This document shows, piece after piece, positions 10,355 to 19,566 of a DNA stretch of 64,000 bases. The translations under genes and the position numbers were made by a program. The DNA is from an uncultured Spirochaetales bacterium (GTDB lineage: Bacteria; Spirochaetota; Spirochaetia; CAYLLE01): assembly GCA_964618265.1 (NCBI GenBank), contig CAZUAE010000006.1, forward strand, positions 18,830-82,829, given 5' to 3'. How positions within the stretch are numbered: position 1 is the stretch's first letter; every line of letters begins with the position of its first letter. The notes below the pieces were generated by a model. That model had not been told where the DNA came from and did no database searches. It saw only the letters and a program-made list of their open reading frames with translations.

Positions 10355-10945
10355 TTAATTATGACCTTCCGGCTTGAGCTGAAAAGTATGAAGAGGAGTA
10401 TGAATTGCTCCGGCGGGGGTAAGATTGCTTTTGTATAATAGTATCTCCTTTACGGAAATTTTGTGACCGCCTTCCCACTTCAGGTTCTCAAGTTTCCTCC
10501 CTCCCTCTCTAAGAAGCTTAAAGGGAATATTCTTTCTCCCATAGGCGATGGTTATGTGACCACGGAAAGGCCGGCTGTCGGTTTCAATTTCAGCATTTTC
10601 CAGTACCGGTTTTATACCTCCGTGTATAAGTGTTAATTCCTCTCCGCTGCTCTCAGCGCCGATCCACACAACTTTCGGTTTTTTTATAGACGGGAATGCC
10701 CCTATATTGCCGAGGGTCAGCGAAAAAGTATTATATTTCGGAATGACTTCCGATAGCTTATTAACTAACGATGAGATATTATCAGATTCCACATCCCCTA
10801 AAAAATGAAGTGTCAGATGCATGTTTTCCGATTTAAGTGTTCTAAAGATATTCCCGTAATCTTTCTCAATTTGATTTTGAAGCTCTTCGAGGGTTTTCCG
10901 GACAGCATCCGAAAGCGGTATCGCTATAAACAATCGCTCTTTCAT
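10355..10945 (-). CDS. thpR: RNA 2',3'-cyclic phosphodiesterase (2H phosphoesterase, LigT/ThpR family)
   Basis: Two H-x-T-x motifs (HLTLHFLG and HITIAY) at the expected spacing in a 196-aa protein. Confidence 0.8.
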   Translation of the reverse strand: MKERLFIAIPLSDAVRKTLEELQNQIEKDYGNIFRTLKSENMHLTLHFLGDVESDNISSLVNKLSEVIPKYNTFSLTLGNIGAFPSIKKPKVVWIGAESSGEELTLIHGGIKPVLENAEIETDSRPFRGHITIAYGRKNIPFKLLREGGRKLENLKWEGGHKISVKEILLYKSNLTPAGAIHTPLHTFQLKPEGHN

Positions 10946-11093
10946 AATGTTATTAACAATGTAGCATAAAATCAGCTGTTTGTCGTTAATACCCGCAATT
11001 ACTGACGCCGAAATTATGGTTTGACAAAAAACAGGGCGTGTTTATAATATAATTGCTTCCCTGCGGCAGCATTAAATTATCAGGAGTACTTCA

Positions 11094-12041
11094 ATGGAGA
11101 CCCGTCAAACTGATCTTTTTACCATGACAGATGAAAAAGCCTCATATCTGAATACAATGCTGGAGGAGACCAAAAAAGATGTTCCTGATCTCTCATTAGC
11201 AGGAGAAACGCACTGGATCGACGTCGCGGGAGGAAAAATCCGGGTAATAAAGATTAGTCCGGAAAATCCGTCCGCTAAGCGGCCGCTGGTCTTTGTGCCG
11301 GGATGGGGAACACGTCCTGATGAGTTTAACGATTTTTATGAAGCTGTCCACGGTGAGGTAACTTGCTATTTCGTAGAAACCAGGGAGAAGAACTCCAGTA
11401 AAATGGAAAAAAGAGCGTCTTTTACCCTCTCCGACAAGGCTCACGATGTTAAGGCTGCCGTCGATTATTTCGGACTAACCGGTACCGATTACCTATTATT
11501 TGGAACATGCTGGGGAGCCACCATTGTAACCCGGGGGATGATGGAAACCCTTTTTCCTTCCGCCGCGGTGATTCTCTTTGACCCTATGCACACGCTGTGG
11601 GCCCCCAAATGGATACTTCGGTGGGTTGCTCCGATAACACCGGTGTTTCTCCTTTATCTCGTCCGGCCTATTATTAAAGCTGTCGCCCTCCGGGGAATGA
11701 ATGAGGAAGTGCAGCGGGCCAGAACAGAAGCATTTGTAGATAACGCGGAACTCTGGAAGTGGAAACGGGCTGCCATGGACACCAAGGACTTCGAAATGTA
11801 CGGTAATCTTTCGGGAATTGACCAGAAGGTCTTTGTGGTCAGCGGAACGCACGACAAGATACATCAGCCGATACATTATCCCCGGATAGCTTCTGAGCTG
11901 CCTAATGGAGCCTATCTTTACATGGGAACTGACGAATCCAACCGGGAAAGGCTGATGGGAGTTATCTGCAGAGAATTCTGTAAAGTTCACGGGGAGGATA
12001 ATATTCCAAAATCCTTAAATTTATTTCAGAAACCATTATAA
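11094..12041 (+). CDS. Alpha/beta-hydrolase-fold protein
   Basis: Nucleophile-elbow-like GTCWG (Cys nucleophile variant) and overall alpha/beta-hydrolase pattern. Divergent from thpR. Confidence 0.55.
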   Translation: METRQTDLFTMTDEKASYLNTMLEETKKDVPDLSLAGETHWIDVAGGKIRVIKISPENPSAKRPLVFVPGWGTRPDEFNDFYEAVHGEVTCYFVETREKNSSKMEKRASFTLSDKAHDVKAAVDYFGLTGTDYLLFGTCWGATIVTRGMMETLFPSAAVILFDPMHTLWAPKWILRWVAPITPVFLLYLVRPIIKAVALRGMNEEVQRARTEAFVDNAELWKWKRAAMDTKDFEMYGNLSGIDQKVFVVSGTHDKIHQPIHYPRIASELPNGAYLYMGTDESNRERLMGVICREFCKVHGEDNIPKSLNLFQKPL

Positions 12042-12165
12042 TCCAAGGTACATAAAAAAACCTTTCAGAAGGCTGGAATTCCCCTGAAAAATTCATAGAA
12101 TTTCTAGTAACAGGTTTCCAATAAAAAATCCTGCCTTTGTTTTAGGTCGGAAAGGAGTTTAACTA

Positions 12166-12657
12166 ATGAGTGATACAGAAATAGCTTTAAATCAATATTT
12201 AACTTTTACCTTAGAGGATGAACAGTACGCGGTCCGGGTAGCCCGTGTTAGGGAAGTGCTTGAATTTACCAATGTTACGAAAGTTCCAAAGACTCAAGAA
12301 TTTATGAGGGGGGTAATAAATCTTCGGGGAAATGTGGTTCCTGTTGTAGATTTACGATTAAAGTTCGATATGTCGGAAACTGAAAAGACTGTGGATACTT
12401 CGATAATCGTTACGGAGATACTGATGGAAGAAGAAATGGTCACCTTAGGTGTTCTTGCCGATTCAGTTCAGGAAGTTATCGATTTAAACAAGGAATCCAT
12501 AGAACCGGCCCCTAAAATCGGAACAAAGATAAATGCCGAGTTTATTGAAGGGATAGGTAAACAAAACGACCATTTTATTATTATCTTGAACATAGATAAG
12601 ATTTTTTCTTTCGAGGAGCTTTCCGAAGTAAAGGCAAAAGGTGAGAAGGATGAGTAA
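12166..12657 (+). CDS. cheW: Chemotaxis coupling protein CheW
   Basis: 163 aa. Canonical CheW sequence (YLTFTLEDEQYAVRVARVREVLEF...RGNVVPVVDLR). SD AAAGGAG upstream. Confidence 0.85.
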   Translation: MSDTEIALNQYLTFTLEDEQYAVRVARVREVLEFTNVTKVPKTQEFMRGVINLRGNVVPVVDLRLKFDMSETEKTVDTSIIVTEILMEEEMVTLGVLADSVQEVIDLNKESIEPAPKIGTKINAEFIEGIGKQNDHFIIILNIDKIFSFEELSEVKAKGEKDE

Positions 12658-13015
12658 AAAAGTATTGGTTGTTGATGATTCTGCTGCTATCCGTCAGAGT
12701 ATTTCCTTTATTATTGAACAAGCCGGGTATTCGGTAGTTCAGGGAGAAAACGGTCAGGACGGTGTATCGAAACTCGGAGATGAACAGTTCGACTTAATTA
12801 TTACCGATGTGAATATGCCGGTTATGGACGGAATTGAATTTGTAAGACAAATACGGCAGCAGGATAATTACCGTTTTACTCCTGTGGTGGTACTAACCAC
12901 CGAGTCTCAGGAATCGAAGATGAAGGAAGGTAAAGAGGCTGGAGCAACGGGATGGATCGTCAAACCTTTTGATGCCGATAAGCTTATGAGTGTTGTTAAA
13001 AAGTTGATTGGGTAA
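12650..13015 (+). CDS. cheY: CheY-like single-domain response regulator
   Basis: MSKKVLVVDDS...DLIITDVNMP...KP REC motifs. ATG at 12650 preceded by GGTGAGAAGG. The ORF-track start at 12641 is a GTG three codons upstream. Overlaps the cheW stop. Confidence 0.85.
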   Translation: MSKKVLVVDDSAAIRQSISFIIEQAGYSVVQGENGQDGVSKLGDEQFDLIITDVNMPVMDGIEFVRQIRQQDNYRFTPVVVLTTESQESKMKEGKEAGATGWIVKPFDADKLMSVVKKLIG

Positions 13016-14198
13016 GAGTCAGAATTCCTTCTACCGCTAATTGAAGTGCTATCAATAATGAATCTTCATCAATGTTGAAATCCGGACTATGGTGTGAAGC
13101 AGTTATTCCCTTTTCCCGGTTGGAAGAACCTACTATGAAGAAACAACCCGGAACTTTTTCCAGGTAATAAGAAAAATCCTCGCTTCCCATAGTGCGGTAA
13201 TCGGTAAGTATGTTTTCTCCCGGTATAAATTTCGCGGCAGCACTTTCTATTGTTTTAGTAATCACAGGATCGTTCCAGAGTGTGGGATACCCGTCCCACA
13301 GAGAGACTTCACATCCGCAGCGCAGAGCAGCGGCAATCCCTTTTGAGATCTCCTGTATTCTATGTTTCGCGAAATTCCGTAACTCCCCGTCGAAGCATCG
13401 AATGGTTCCTTGAATTTCTGCTTTTCCAGGAATAATATTGTAGGCAGAACCGGCGTGGAGCTGCCCGAGGGATAAGATAAAAGGGGAGAGCGGATCGATT
13501 TCCCGGGATGCTAGCTCCTGAAGCGCCACAGCTATCTGGGAAGCGCAGTAGATGGTGTCTACCGTTCGATGAGGGAGGGCCCCATGACCGCCTGAACCGG
13601 TAAGGGTGATTGTAAACTCATCGGTAGAGGCAAAAACAGCCTTCGGAGTTATTCCCACCTTCCCTATGTTGAAATCATTCCACACATGAAGGCCTAAGAC
13701 AGCATCCGGTTTTGGATCGTCCAGCGCGCCATCTTGAATCATTTTTTGGGCACCTCCGGGGGCAAGTTCCTCTGAGGGCTGGAATAAGAAGACGACCGAA
13801 CCGCTAAGATCGGCAATATTCTTTTTAATTATTTTAGCTGTCAGTAATGCTACAGCCATGTGCGCGTCATGACCGCAGGCATGGGATACTCCCTGGTTTT
13901 GAGAACGGTAATCAATCTGAGGATTTTCTTCTGATATGGGAAGCGCGTCCATATCGGCCCGGTACATGATGACGGGACCTGGCTTTTTACCCCGTATAAG
14001 ACCGGTTAAACCCGTCTCTGCAAAACCGGTCTTTACAGGAATTTCTATCGCTTCCAGAAATTCCTTTATTTTCCTTGATGTTTCTATCTCGCGGTATCCC
14101 TTTTCCGGATGGCTGTGGAAATACCTTCTGAGACGGACTAATTCATCCTTCGCCTGAGCGATTTCATCACCTATCCCGGTTCCCGCGATTTTCTCCAC
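12996..14198 (-). CDS. M20D-family amidohydrolase/peptidase
   Basis: HACGHD metal-binding motif and M20 architecture over 400 aa. Confidence 0.8.
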   Translation of the reverse strand: MEKIAGTGIGDEIAQAKDELVRLRRYFHSHPEKGYREIETSRKIKEFLEAIEIPVKTGFAETGLTGLIRGKKPGPVIMYRADMDALPISEENPQIDYRSQNQGVSHACGHDAHMAVALLTAKIIKKNIADLSGSVVFLFQPSEELAPGGAQKMIQDGALDDPKPDAVLGLHVWNDFNIGKVGITPKAVFASTDEFTITLTGSGGHGALPHRTVDTIYCASQIAVALQELASREIDPLSPFILSLGQLHAGSAYNIIPGKAEIQGTIRCFDGELRNFAKHRIQEISKGIAAALRCGCEVSLWDGYPTLWNDPVITKTIESAAAKFIPGENILTDYRTMGSEDFSYYLEKVPGCFFIVGSSNREKGITASHHSPDFNIDEDSLLIALQLAVEGILTLTQSTF

Positions 14199-14208
14199 TT
14201 GAGTCCTC

Positions 14209-15330
14209 CTAAAAAGCCATTCTCTTCCAACCCCTGGAATCTTGCGTTAGCGGTGGAAGTCCCAAAAGTTCCCGGCCCATCTGTGCATAGTACCGGTAGT
14301 TCTCCAAGGGGGTTCCGTTAGGGATTCGGTGATCAATTCCGAAGACTATTCCCCCTTCCTGCATAAGGGGCTGCATCTTGTACTCCAGTTCCCTTTTGAT
14401 AGCAGCTTTATCTTTTCTCAGGACGTGTTTGTCTATACCGCCCAGCATACCTAATTTTTTACCGTACTGTTTCCGTAATGCCACAATATCCATACCTGCC
14501 GCGGGTTCCATGGGAAAAATGACATTAACACCGCACTCCAGAAAGGATTCAATTACCGCGTTTACATTGCCGTCGGTATCCATCTGGAACAGACCGGTTC
14601 CTCTGGAGGATACGAGATCCCATACCGCTTTAAAATAGGGTTTGATGAATTCTCTAATTTGATCCGGCCCAACCAAAGGGCCCGATTTCCCGGCTAAATC
14701 TTCGTGTACTGATATTTGATCAATGACGAGTTGTTTTGTAATAGTATCCAACACCCGCAGGGAGGTTTCTTTTGCAGTATTGAGGATATCCTTCATAAGC
14801 TCAGGTTTCAGATAGTAGGAGGTGCACGCCTCCTCTTCTCCCATAAGCTGTCTGGGAAGGTCGTATCCTCCGGGGATACTGGCTATGACAAGATACCCTT
14901 CTTTCTGTAATTTTTTTGCCTCCTCTACTTTCTCCCAATCGATTCTCTCGTCACTATAGGTATAGAAAGGCTTAACCTTTTCCCAGCTTTCCATATCTTT
15001 GACGGGAAAATCCAGAGGAAGGGGGACCGTAGCTGATTTCTTGATCAGTTTCATGGTGCGGCCTAAAGAGTCCCGTTCTATTATGTGTTCGCCGGTTTCT
15101 TCCAGTTTTTTGGGTTCGAACCCGCCTAAAAGTCCGGTGTTGCCGCCGGCGCTTGCGCGGTCTACGTAGTCCCAATCGAAGGCGGTCATATCCAGTTCTT
15201 CCTGGAGAGCACCCTGCGCTTTCCATTCGTCTTCGAGTCCTACCAGGGGTCCGAATAGTTCTACGAACATCTGACGTTCAGCGCTCCGAAAGGTCAACAA
15301 ATCAAGATATTGGTCTCTGCTAAACCGCAT
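14209..15330 (-). CDS. Uroporphyrinogen-decarboxylase (URO-D) superfamily protein, MtaA/CmuA-like, non-haem paralogue
   Basis: Starts MRFSRDQYLDLL..., the typical URO-D-family N-terminus (ATG at 15330..15328). The ORF-track 524-aa version adds a 151-aa N-terminal extension that runs into the divergent gene and matches nothing. Confidence 0.75.
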   Translation of the reverse strand: MRFSRDQYLDLLTFRSAERQMFVELFGPLVGLEDEWKAQGALQEELDMTAFDWDYVDRASAGGNTGLLGGFEPKKLEETGEHIIERDSLGRTMKLIKKSATVPLPLDFPVKDMESWEKVKPFYTYSDERIDWEKVEEAKKLQKEGYLVIASIPGGYDLPRQLMGEEEACTSYYLKPELMKDILNTAKETSLRVLDTITKQLVIDQISVHEDLAGKSGPLVGPDQIREFIKPYFKAVWDLVSSRGTGLFQMDTDGNVNAVIESFLECGVNVIFPMEPAAGMDIVALRKQYGKKLGMLGGIDKHVLRKDKAAIKRELEYKMQPLMQEGGIVFGIDHRIPNGTPLENYRYYAQMGRELLGLPPLTQDSRGWKRMAF

Positions 15331-15430
15331 GGCATTACATTCCTTTCTTTTCCGAAGTTTAATCCATTGTTTCTTATATCCTACTATTTTTTTGCGTACC
15401 CTGCTATCCCTATATGATATAATCAGCCTC

Positions 15431-16465
15431 ATGGAATACCCGGAAATAATCGAAACGGAAGAAAAGTTAGATGCCGTAATGTCGGAACCATCTCCGAACT
15501 TGATCGGGATGATGCGGAGAATTGCCGGAGATATCATGATATTAGGTGCCTCCGGGAAAATGGGTGTGCAGCTCGGTATGATGGCCCGTAAAGCCGCGGA
15601 TAAAGCGGAAGAAAAACGGAGGATTATCGGAGTTTCCCGTTTTACCGATAGAAAGGCGCGAGAAAAACTCGAGTCCTCGGGTGTAGAAACCTTGAAGTGT
15701 GACCTTTTGGATCTTTCAGCTTTGCAGTCACTCCCGGAGGCAGCAAATATCATTTTTATGGTGGGGAGAAAGTTCGGAACCACCGGTTCAGAGGGGCTGA
15801 CATGGGCGGTTAACGGAATAACGCCCGCATTTGTTTGTGAAAAATACCGTAATGCTAGAATTGTTGCCTATTCCACCGGATGCGTTTATGATTTTGCAGA
15901 TATCGCCTCGGGAGGATCCAACGAAGAGGATGATCTTAATCCGGTCGGGGAATACGCGCAAACCGCTTTAGCAAGAGAACGGGCTTTTGAATTTTTTTCC
16001 GAGCAGTATGATATTCCCGTCTGCCTTTTTAGGCTGAATTACTCCATCGATCTTCGCTACGGAGTACTATACGATATCGGCAGCAAGGTTTTTCAGGGAA
16101 TTCCCATCGATCTGACTACCGGCGTTGTAAACATTATCTGGCAGGGAGATGCCGTCGAACGGTCCCTCCTCTGCTTAGAGCACTGCAAAGTTCCGGCATA
16201 CCCTCTTAATGTCACCGGCCCGGAAACACTTTCGGTACGCTCTATTGCCGATACGTTCGGTACCTTCCTTAAGAAGAAACCCCGCTTTACCGGTCAAGAA
16301 AGCAGAACAGCATTGATAAGCAACGCATCAAAATCTTTTGAATTATTCGGTTATCCCCGTGTCTCCGTCTCCCGGATGATCCGCTGGACTGCCCACTGGA
16401 TCAAAGAAGGGAAACCCGCTCTGTCGAAACCTACCCATTTTGATGAACGGAAGGGAGAATTTTAG
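15431..16465 (+). CDS. NAD-dependent epimerase/dehydratase family protein
   Basis: Rossmann-type N-terminus (IMILGASGKMGVQLG) and SDR-extended pattern. Start set at MEYPEIIETEEK (15431) to avoid overlap with the divergent URO-D-like gene. Confidence 0.7.
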   Translation: MEYPEIIETEEKLDAVMSEPSPNLIGMMRRIAGDIMILGASGKMGVQLGMMARKAADKAEEKRRIIGVSRFTDRKAREKLESSGVETLKCDLLDLSALQSLPEAANIIFMVGRKFGTTGSEGLTWAVNGITPAFVCEKYRNARIVAYSTGCVYDFADIASGGSNEEDDLNPVGEYAQTALARERAFEFFSEQYDIPVCLFRLNYSIDLRYGVLYDIGSKVFQGIPIDLTTGVVNIIWQGDAVERSLLCLEHCKVPAYPLNVTGPETLSVRSIADTFGTFLKKKPRFTGQESRTALISNASKSFELFGYPRVSVSRMIRWTAHWIKEGKPALSKPTHFDERKGEF

Positions 16466-17548
16466 ATGAGTATTAGAATGATATCCGATATACCCCGTCA
16501 TCTGCTGGATTCCCTGAAAAGGGGAACGGTAATCCCGGCAGCTCCCCTTGCACTTCATAAGGACCGGACATTCGACTTGGAACATCAAAGAGCTCTCATG
16601 CGGTATTATACCGCCTCCGGGGCCGGAGGAATCGCTGTAGGGGTTCATTCTACCCAATTCGAGATTCGTGATCCAAAGTATGGACTTTTCGAAACAGTAC
16701 TCACCCGGTGTTCCCGTTTTATTGACGCCTGCAGCGGCGGAGATAACGTGTTAAAAATAGCGGGGATTTGCGGAAGAACAAACCAGGCAATTGGCGAAGC
16801 GGAATTCGCCCGTGATACAGGATACCATGCCGGTCTTCTGAGCCTGTCAGCATTTCCGCGGGCTTCCCATGAGGAACTAATAACCCATTGCAGGAGAATC
16901 GCGGAGATAATGCCGATCTTCGGCTTTTACCTTCAACCAGCAGTGGGAGGCCGGATTCTCGATCGAGCTTTCTGGTCCGCGTTTTCCCGCATCGAAAACG
17001 TATTAGGAATAAAGGTTGCTCCCTTCAACAGGTATTACACCTTAGAGGTTTTCCAAGGAGTTGCCCAGGGAGATCCGGAAGGGAGGATTTCCTGTTACAC
17101 CGGCAACGATGATAACATTATTCCTGATCTGCTTACGGAGTTTCCTGTAAAATCTCCATCAGGAATTGTTAAACGGAGATTTGCCGGGGGACTCTTGGGA
17201 CATTGGTGCGTTTGGACTAAAAAAGCTGTAGAACTAATGCAGCAGATACACAGTATTAGGGAAGGTAACGAAGAGTTAGTTCCGGAAATACTTAGTTTGG
17301 GAGTCAAGATTACAGATTGTAATAAAGCCTTCTTTGATGCGGTGAACGGATTTGCCGGAGTACTTCCTGGAATTCATGAGGTGCTTAGAAGACAGGGATT
17401 GATGGAAGGAATATGGTGTCTGAATCCGGAGGAAAAGTTATCCCCGGGACAAAAAGAAGAGATTGATCGGATCTATCAGGAATATCCTGAACTTAACGAT
17501 GATAATTTTGTCGTAGAAAATTTGCAAAGATGGCTCAAAAATTGTTGA
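16466..17548 (+). CDS. Dihydrodipicolinate synthase/N-acetylneuraminate lyase (DapA) family protein
   Basis: 360 aa. Class I aldolase DapA-family pattern. Start abuts the stop of the epimerase gene. Confidence 0.7.
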   Translation: MSIRMISDIPRHLLDSLKRGTVIPAAPLALHKDRTFDLEHQRALMRYYTASGAGGIAVGVHSTQFEIRDPKYGLFETVLTRCSRFIDACSGGDNVLKIAGICGRTNQAIGEAEFARDTGYHAGLLSLSAFPRASHEELITHCRRIAEIMPIFGFYLQPAVGGRILDRAFWSAFSRIENVLGIKVAPFNRYYTLEVFQGVAQGDPEGRISCYTGNDDNIIPDLLTEFPVKSPSGIVKRRFAGGLLGHWCVWTKKAVELMQQIHSIREGNEELVPEILSLGVKITDCNKAFFDAVNGFAGVLPGIHEVLRRQGLMEGIWCLNPEEKLSPGQKEEIDRIYQEYPELNDDNFVVENLQRWLKNC

Positions 17549-17631
17549 CATTTATTGTAAGGTATGTGTATACTGTAGGTGCAGATACTTAATGATTCCT
17601 TCAATCCTCCATCAATTTTAGCCTCTTTTTT

Positions 17632-17672
17632 GGGCTGCCGTAAATCCGGCAGCCCTTCTTGTTTCTTTTTTT
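17632..17672 (+). terminator. Rho-independent terminator after the DapA-family gene
   Basis: Hairpin GGGCTGCCG-taaatc-CGGCAGCCC followed by a TTCTTGTTTCTTTTTTT tract. Confidence 0.65.
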
Positions 17673-17700
17673 CAGGTATTATAGAATTCCTTAGGTATTA

Positions 17701-17735
17701 TTGACTTCCCTGTACCGTTAAGATACTATTTCCGC
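17701..17735 (+). promoter_or_regulatory. Candidate sigma70-type promoter (TTGACT, 17-nt spacer, TACTAT) ending 6 nt before the ATG at 17736, implying a leaderless transcript
   Basis: Hexamers read directly from the sequence. No SD lies between the -10 element and the ATG. Confidence 0.3.
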
Positions 17736-18251
17736 ATGACTGTTTTCTTTTTCCTTGCGGCATTTCTGTCGGAAATACTTCCTTCATCCAATACCTATTA
17801 TGTCGATTTTTTTGAAGGTTCCGAACTTACCCGCAGCTATCGGATCCATTCGGATGAAGAAGGTTTGTGGGAATACCGCGAAATATTCCAAGATGGCAGC
17901 GAAGAGTTTGCATTTATTGTAGAGCAAAGCGATTATGTCGGTCATATATACACTATTATACAGGTAAAAGGCGACACTCAAGCTCATTCTTTTAACCTTT
18001 CTGAAGTCTTAGATGAGTCTTTACCGGTCAGCGAAAAGCAATCTCAGCAAATTTCTCTCTCCGATGCAAGCATTTTCCTGGATTTGACACAGGAAGTTAC
18101 AGAAAACCAAAATTCCAGCAGCGAAACAGATGAAGCCGAGGAAACTGAAGAATATACTATCCATATGAATTCCAAAAGAGGTATTATCTATCTCGGCATA
18201 CCCGACGCCGGCATCCTTTTGGTAACCCGCCCGTTGGTAAGCCTCGAATAA
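17736..18251 (+). CDS. Hypothetical secreted acidic protein
   Basis: ORF with a hydrophobic N-terminus (MTVFFFLAAFLSEILP) and a D/E/S-rich C-terminal half. No family recognised. Confidence 0.4.
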   Translation: MTVFFFLAAFLSEILPSSNTYYVDFFEGSELTRSYRIHSDEEGLWEYREIFQDGSEEFAFIVEQSDYVGHIYTIIQVKGDTQAHSFNLSEVLDESLPVSEKQSQQISLSDASIFLDLTQEVTENQNSSSETDEAEETEEYTIHMNSKRGIIYLGIPDAGILLVTRPLVSLE

Positions 18252-18303
18252 GCTTGATCAGATTCCGCGATTAAGCTATTTTTAAAAAATCACAGGGGGA
18301 AAT

Positions 18304-19566
18304 ATGAAAACAAAAGCAGTTCGGCTATACGGTAAAAAAGATCTGCGCTTAGATGAATTTGATTTACCAGCCATAGCGGAAGATGAAATATTGGCTCATA
18401 TCATATCAGATAGTATTTGCATGTCCAGTTACAAGGCGGCGATTCAAGGGGAGGATCACAAAAGAGTTCCTCAGGATGTCGCTCAAAATCCCGTTATAGT
18501 GGGACATGAGTTTTGCGGTGAGATAGTGGAAGTAGGAGGAAGGTGGAAAGGCCAATTTAAAGCCGGACAGAAATTCTCCATTCAGCCTGCGTTAAATTAT
18601 AAGGGAAGCTTATATGCACCGGGGTACTCCTATCCTTATATTGGAGGTGATGCTACCTACATCATTATCCCAAAAGAAGTTATGGAGATGGGGTGCCTTC
18701 TCGATTATCAGGGAGATGCCTTCTTTTACGGTTCTTTAGCGGAACCTATGTCATGTATTGTGGGAGCTTTTCATGCCACCTACCATACCCGGACAGGCCG
18801 TTATGTTCACGATATGGACATAAAGGAGGGAGGCGATATGGCCATTCTGGCCGGAGTTGGACCTATGGGATTGGGAGCGATAGATTACGCTATCCATCGG
18901 GAGAGGAAACCTTCTCTACTTGTCGTTACCGATATCGATCAAAACCGGCTTGACCGAGCAGCTTCCATATACACCCCGGAGGAAGCGAAAAAACAGGGAG
19001 TAACCCTGAAATATATAAATACTAAAGATCTTTCAAATCCCGAAGATCATCTCCTGTCACTTAACGGCGGTAAGGGATATGATGATGTATTTGTCTTTGC
19101 TCCGGTAAAGCCGGTGGTAGAGCAGGGAGACCGAATTCTCGCTCGAGACGGCTGTCTTAATTTTTTCGCGGGGCCGACAAATCCGAACTTTTCCGCGGAG
19201 TTTAATTTTTATAATGTCCACTATCTTTCCCATCATATTGTCGGAACCAGCGGCGGAAATACCGACGATATGGTGGAGTCCCTTAACATGATGGCGGCAG
19301 GAACTATTAATCCTTCCGCCATGATAACCCATGTGGGAGGATTAGGAAGTGTTGTAGAAACCGTATTGGATCTTCCTAACATTCCGGGAGGAAAAAAACT
19401 CATCTACACAAACATAGACATTCCCCTTACAGCTATTTCCGAATTTGCTTCTTTGGGGAAAAAGGATCCTATGTTTAAAGCATTAGCTGATATCGTCAAG
19501 GAAAACAATGGACTGTGGTGCAGGGAAGCAGAGGAATATCTTCTGGAAAACAGTCCCGCAATATGA
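18304..19566 (+). CDS. Zinc-binding alcohol dehydrogenase (MDR) family sugar-alcohol/threonine-dehydrogenase-like protein
   Basis: GHEFCGEIVEVG zinc motif and GVGPMGLGAIDYA Rossmann. SD ACAGGGGGAAAT upstream. Confidence 0.8.
   Translation: MKTKAVRLYGKKDLRLDEFDLPAIAEDEILAHIISDSICMSSYKAAIQGEDHKRVPQDVAQNPVIVGHEFCGEIVEVGGRWKGQFKAGQKFSIQPALNYKGSLYAPGYSYPYIGGDATYIIIPKEVMEMGCLLDYQGDAFFYGSLAEPMSCIVGAFHATYHTRTGRYVHDMDIKEGGDMAILAGVGPMGLGAIDYAIHRERKPSLLVVTDIDQNRLDRAASIYTPEEAKKQGVTLKYINTKDLSNPEDHLLSLNGGKGYDDVFVFAPVKPVVEQGDRILARDGCLNFFAGPTNPNFSAEFNFYNVHYLSHHIVGTSGGNTDDMVESLNMMAAGTINPSAMITHVGGLGSVVETVLDLPNIPGGKKLIYTNIDIPLTAISEFASLGKKDPMFKALADIVKENNGLWCREAEEYLLENSPAI

Noticed and set aside
14209-15783. 524-aa ORF-track version of the URO-D-family gene
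   Set aside because: The first 151 residues precede the conserved MRFSRDQYLDLL start. They overlap the divergent epimerase gene and match no known domain. The real start is the internal ATG at 15330.
19515-19562. Upstream starts for the GHMP kinase at 19515, and for the sulfatase (33861), MDR dehydrogenase (46612, TTG), FkbM (48029, TTG), pgk (53306) and HAD (56196)
   Set aside because: The extensions overlap upstream genes, use weak or non-ATG codons, lack SD, or add residues absent from family N-termini. Internal starts with SD or sequence-conservation support were preferred.
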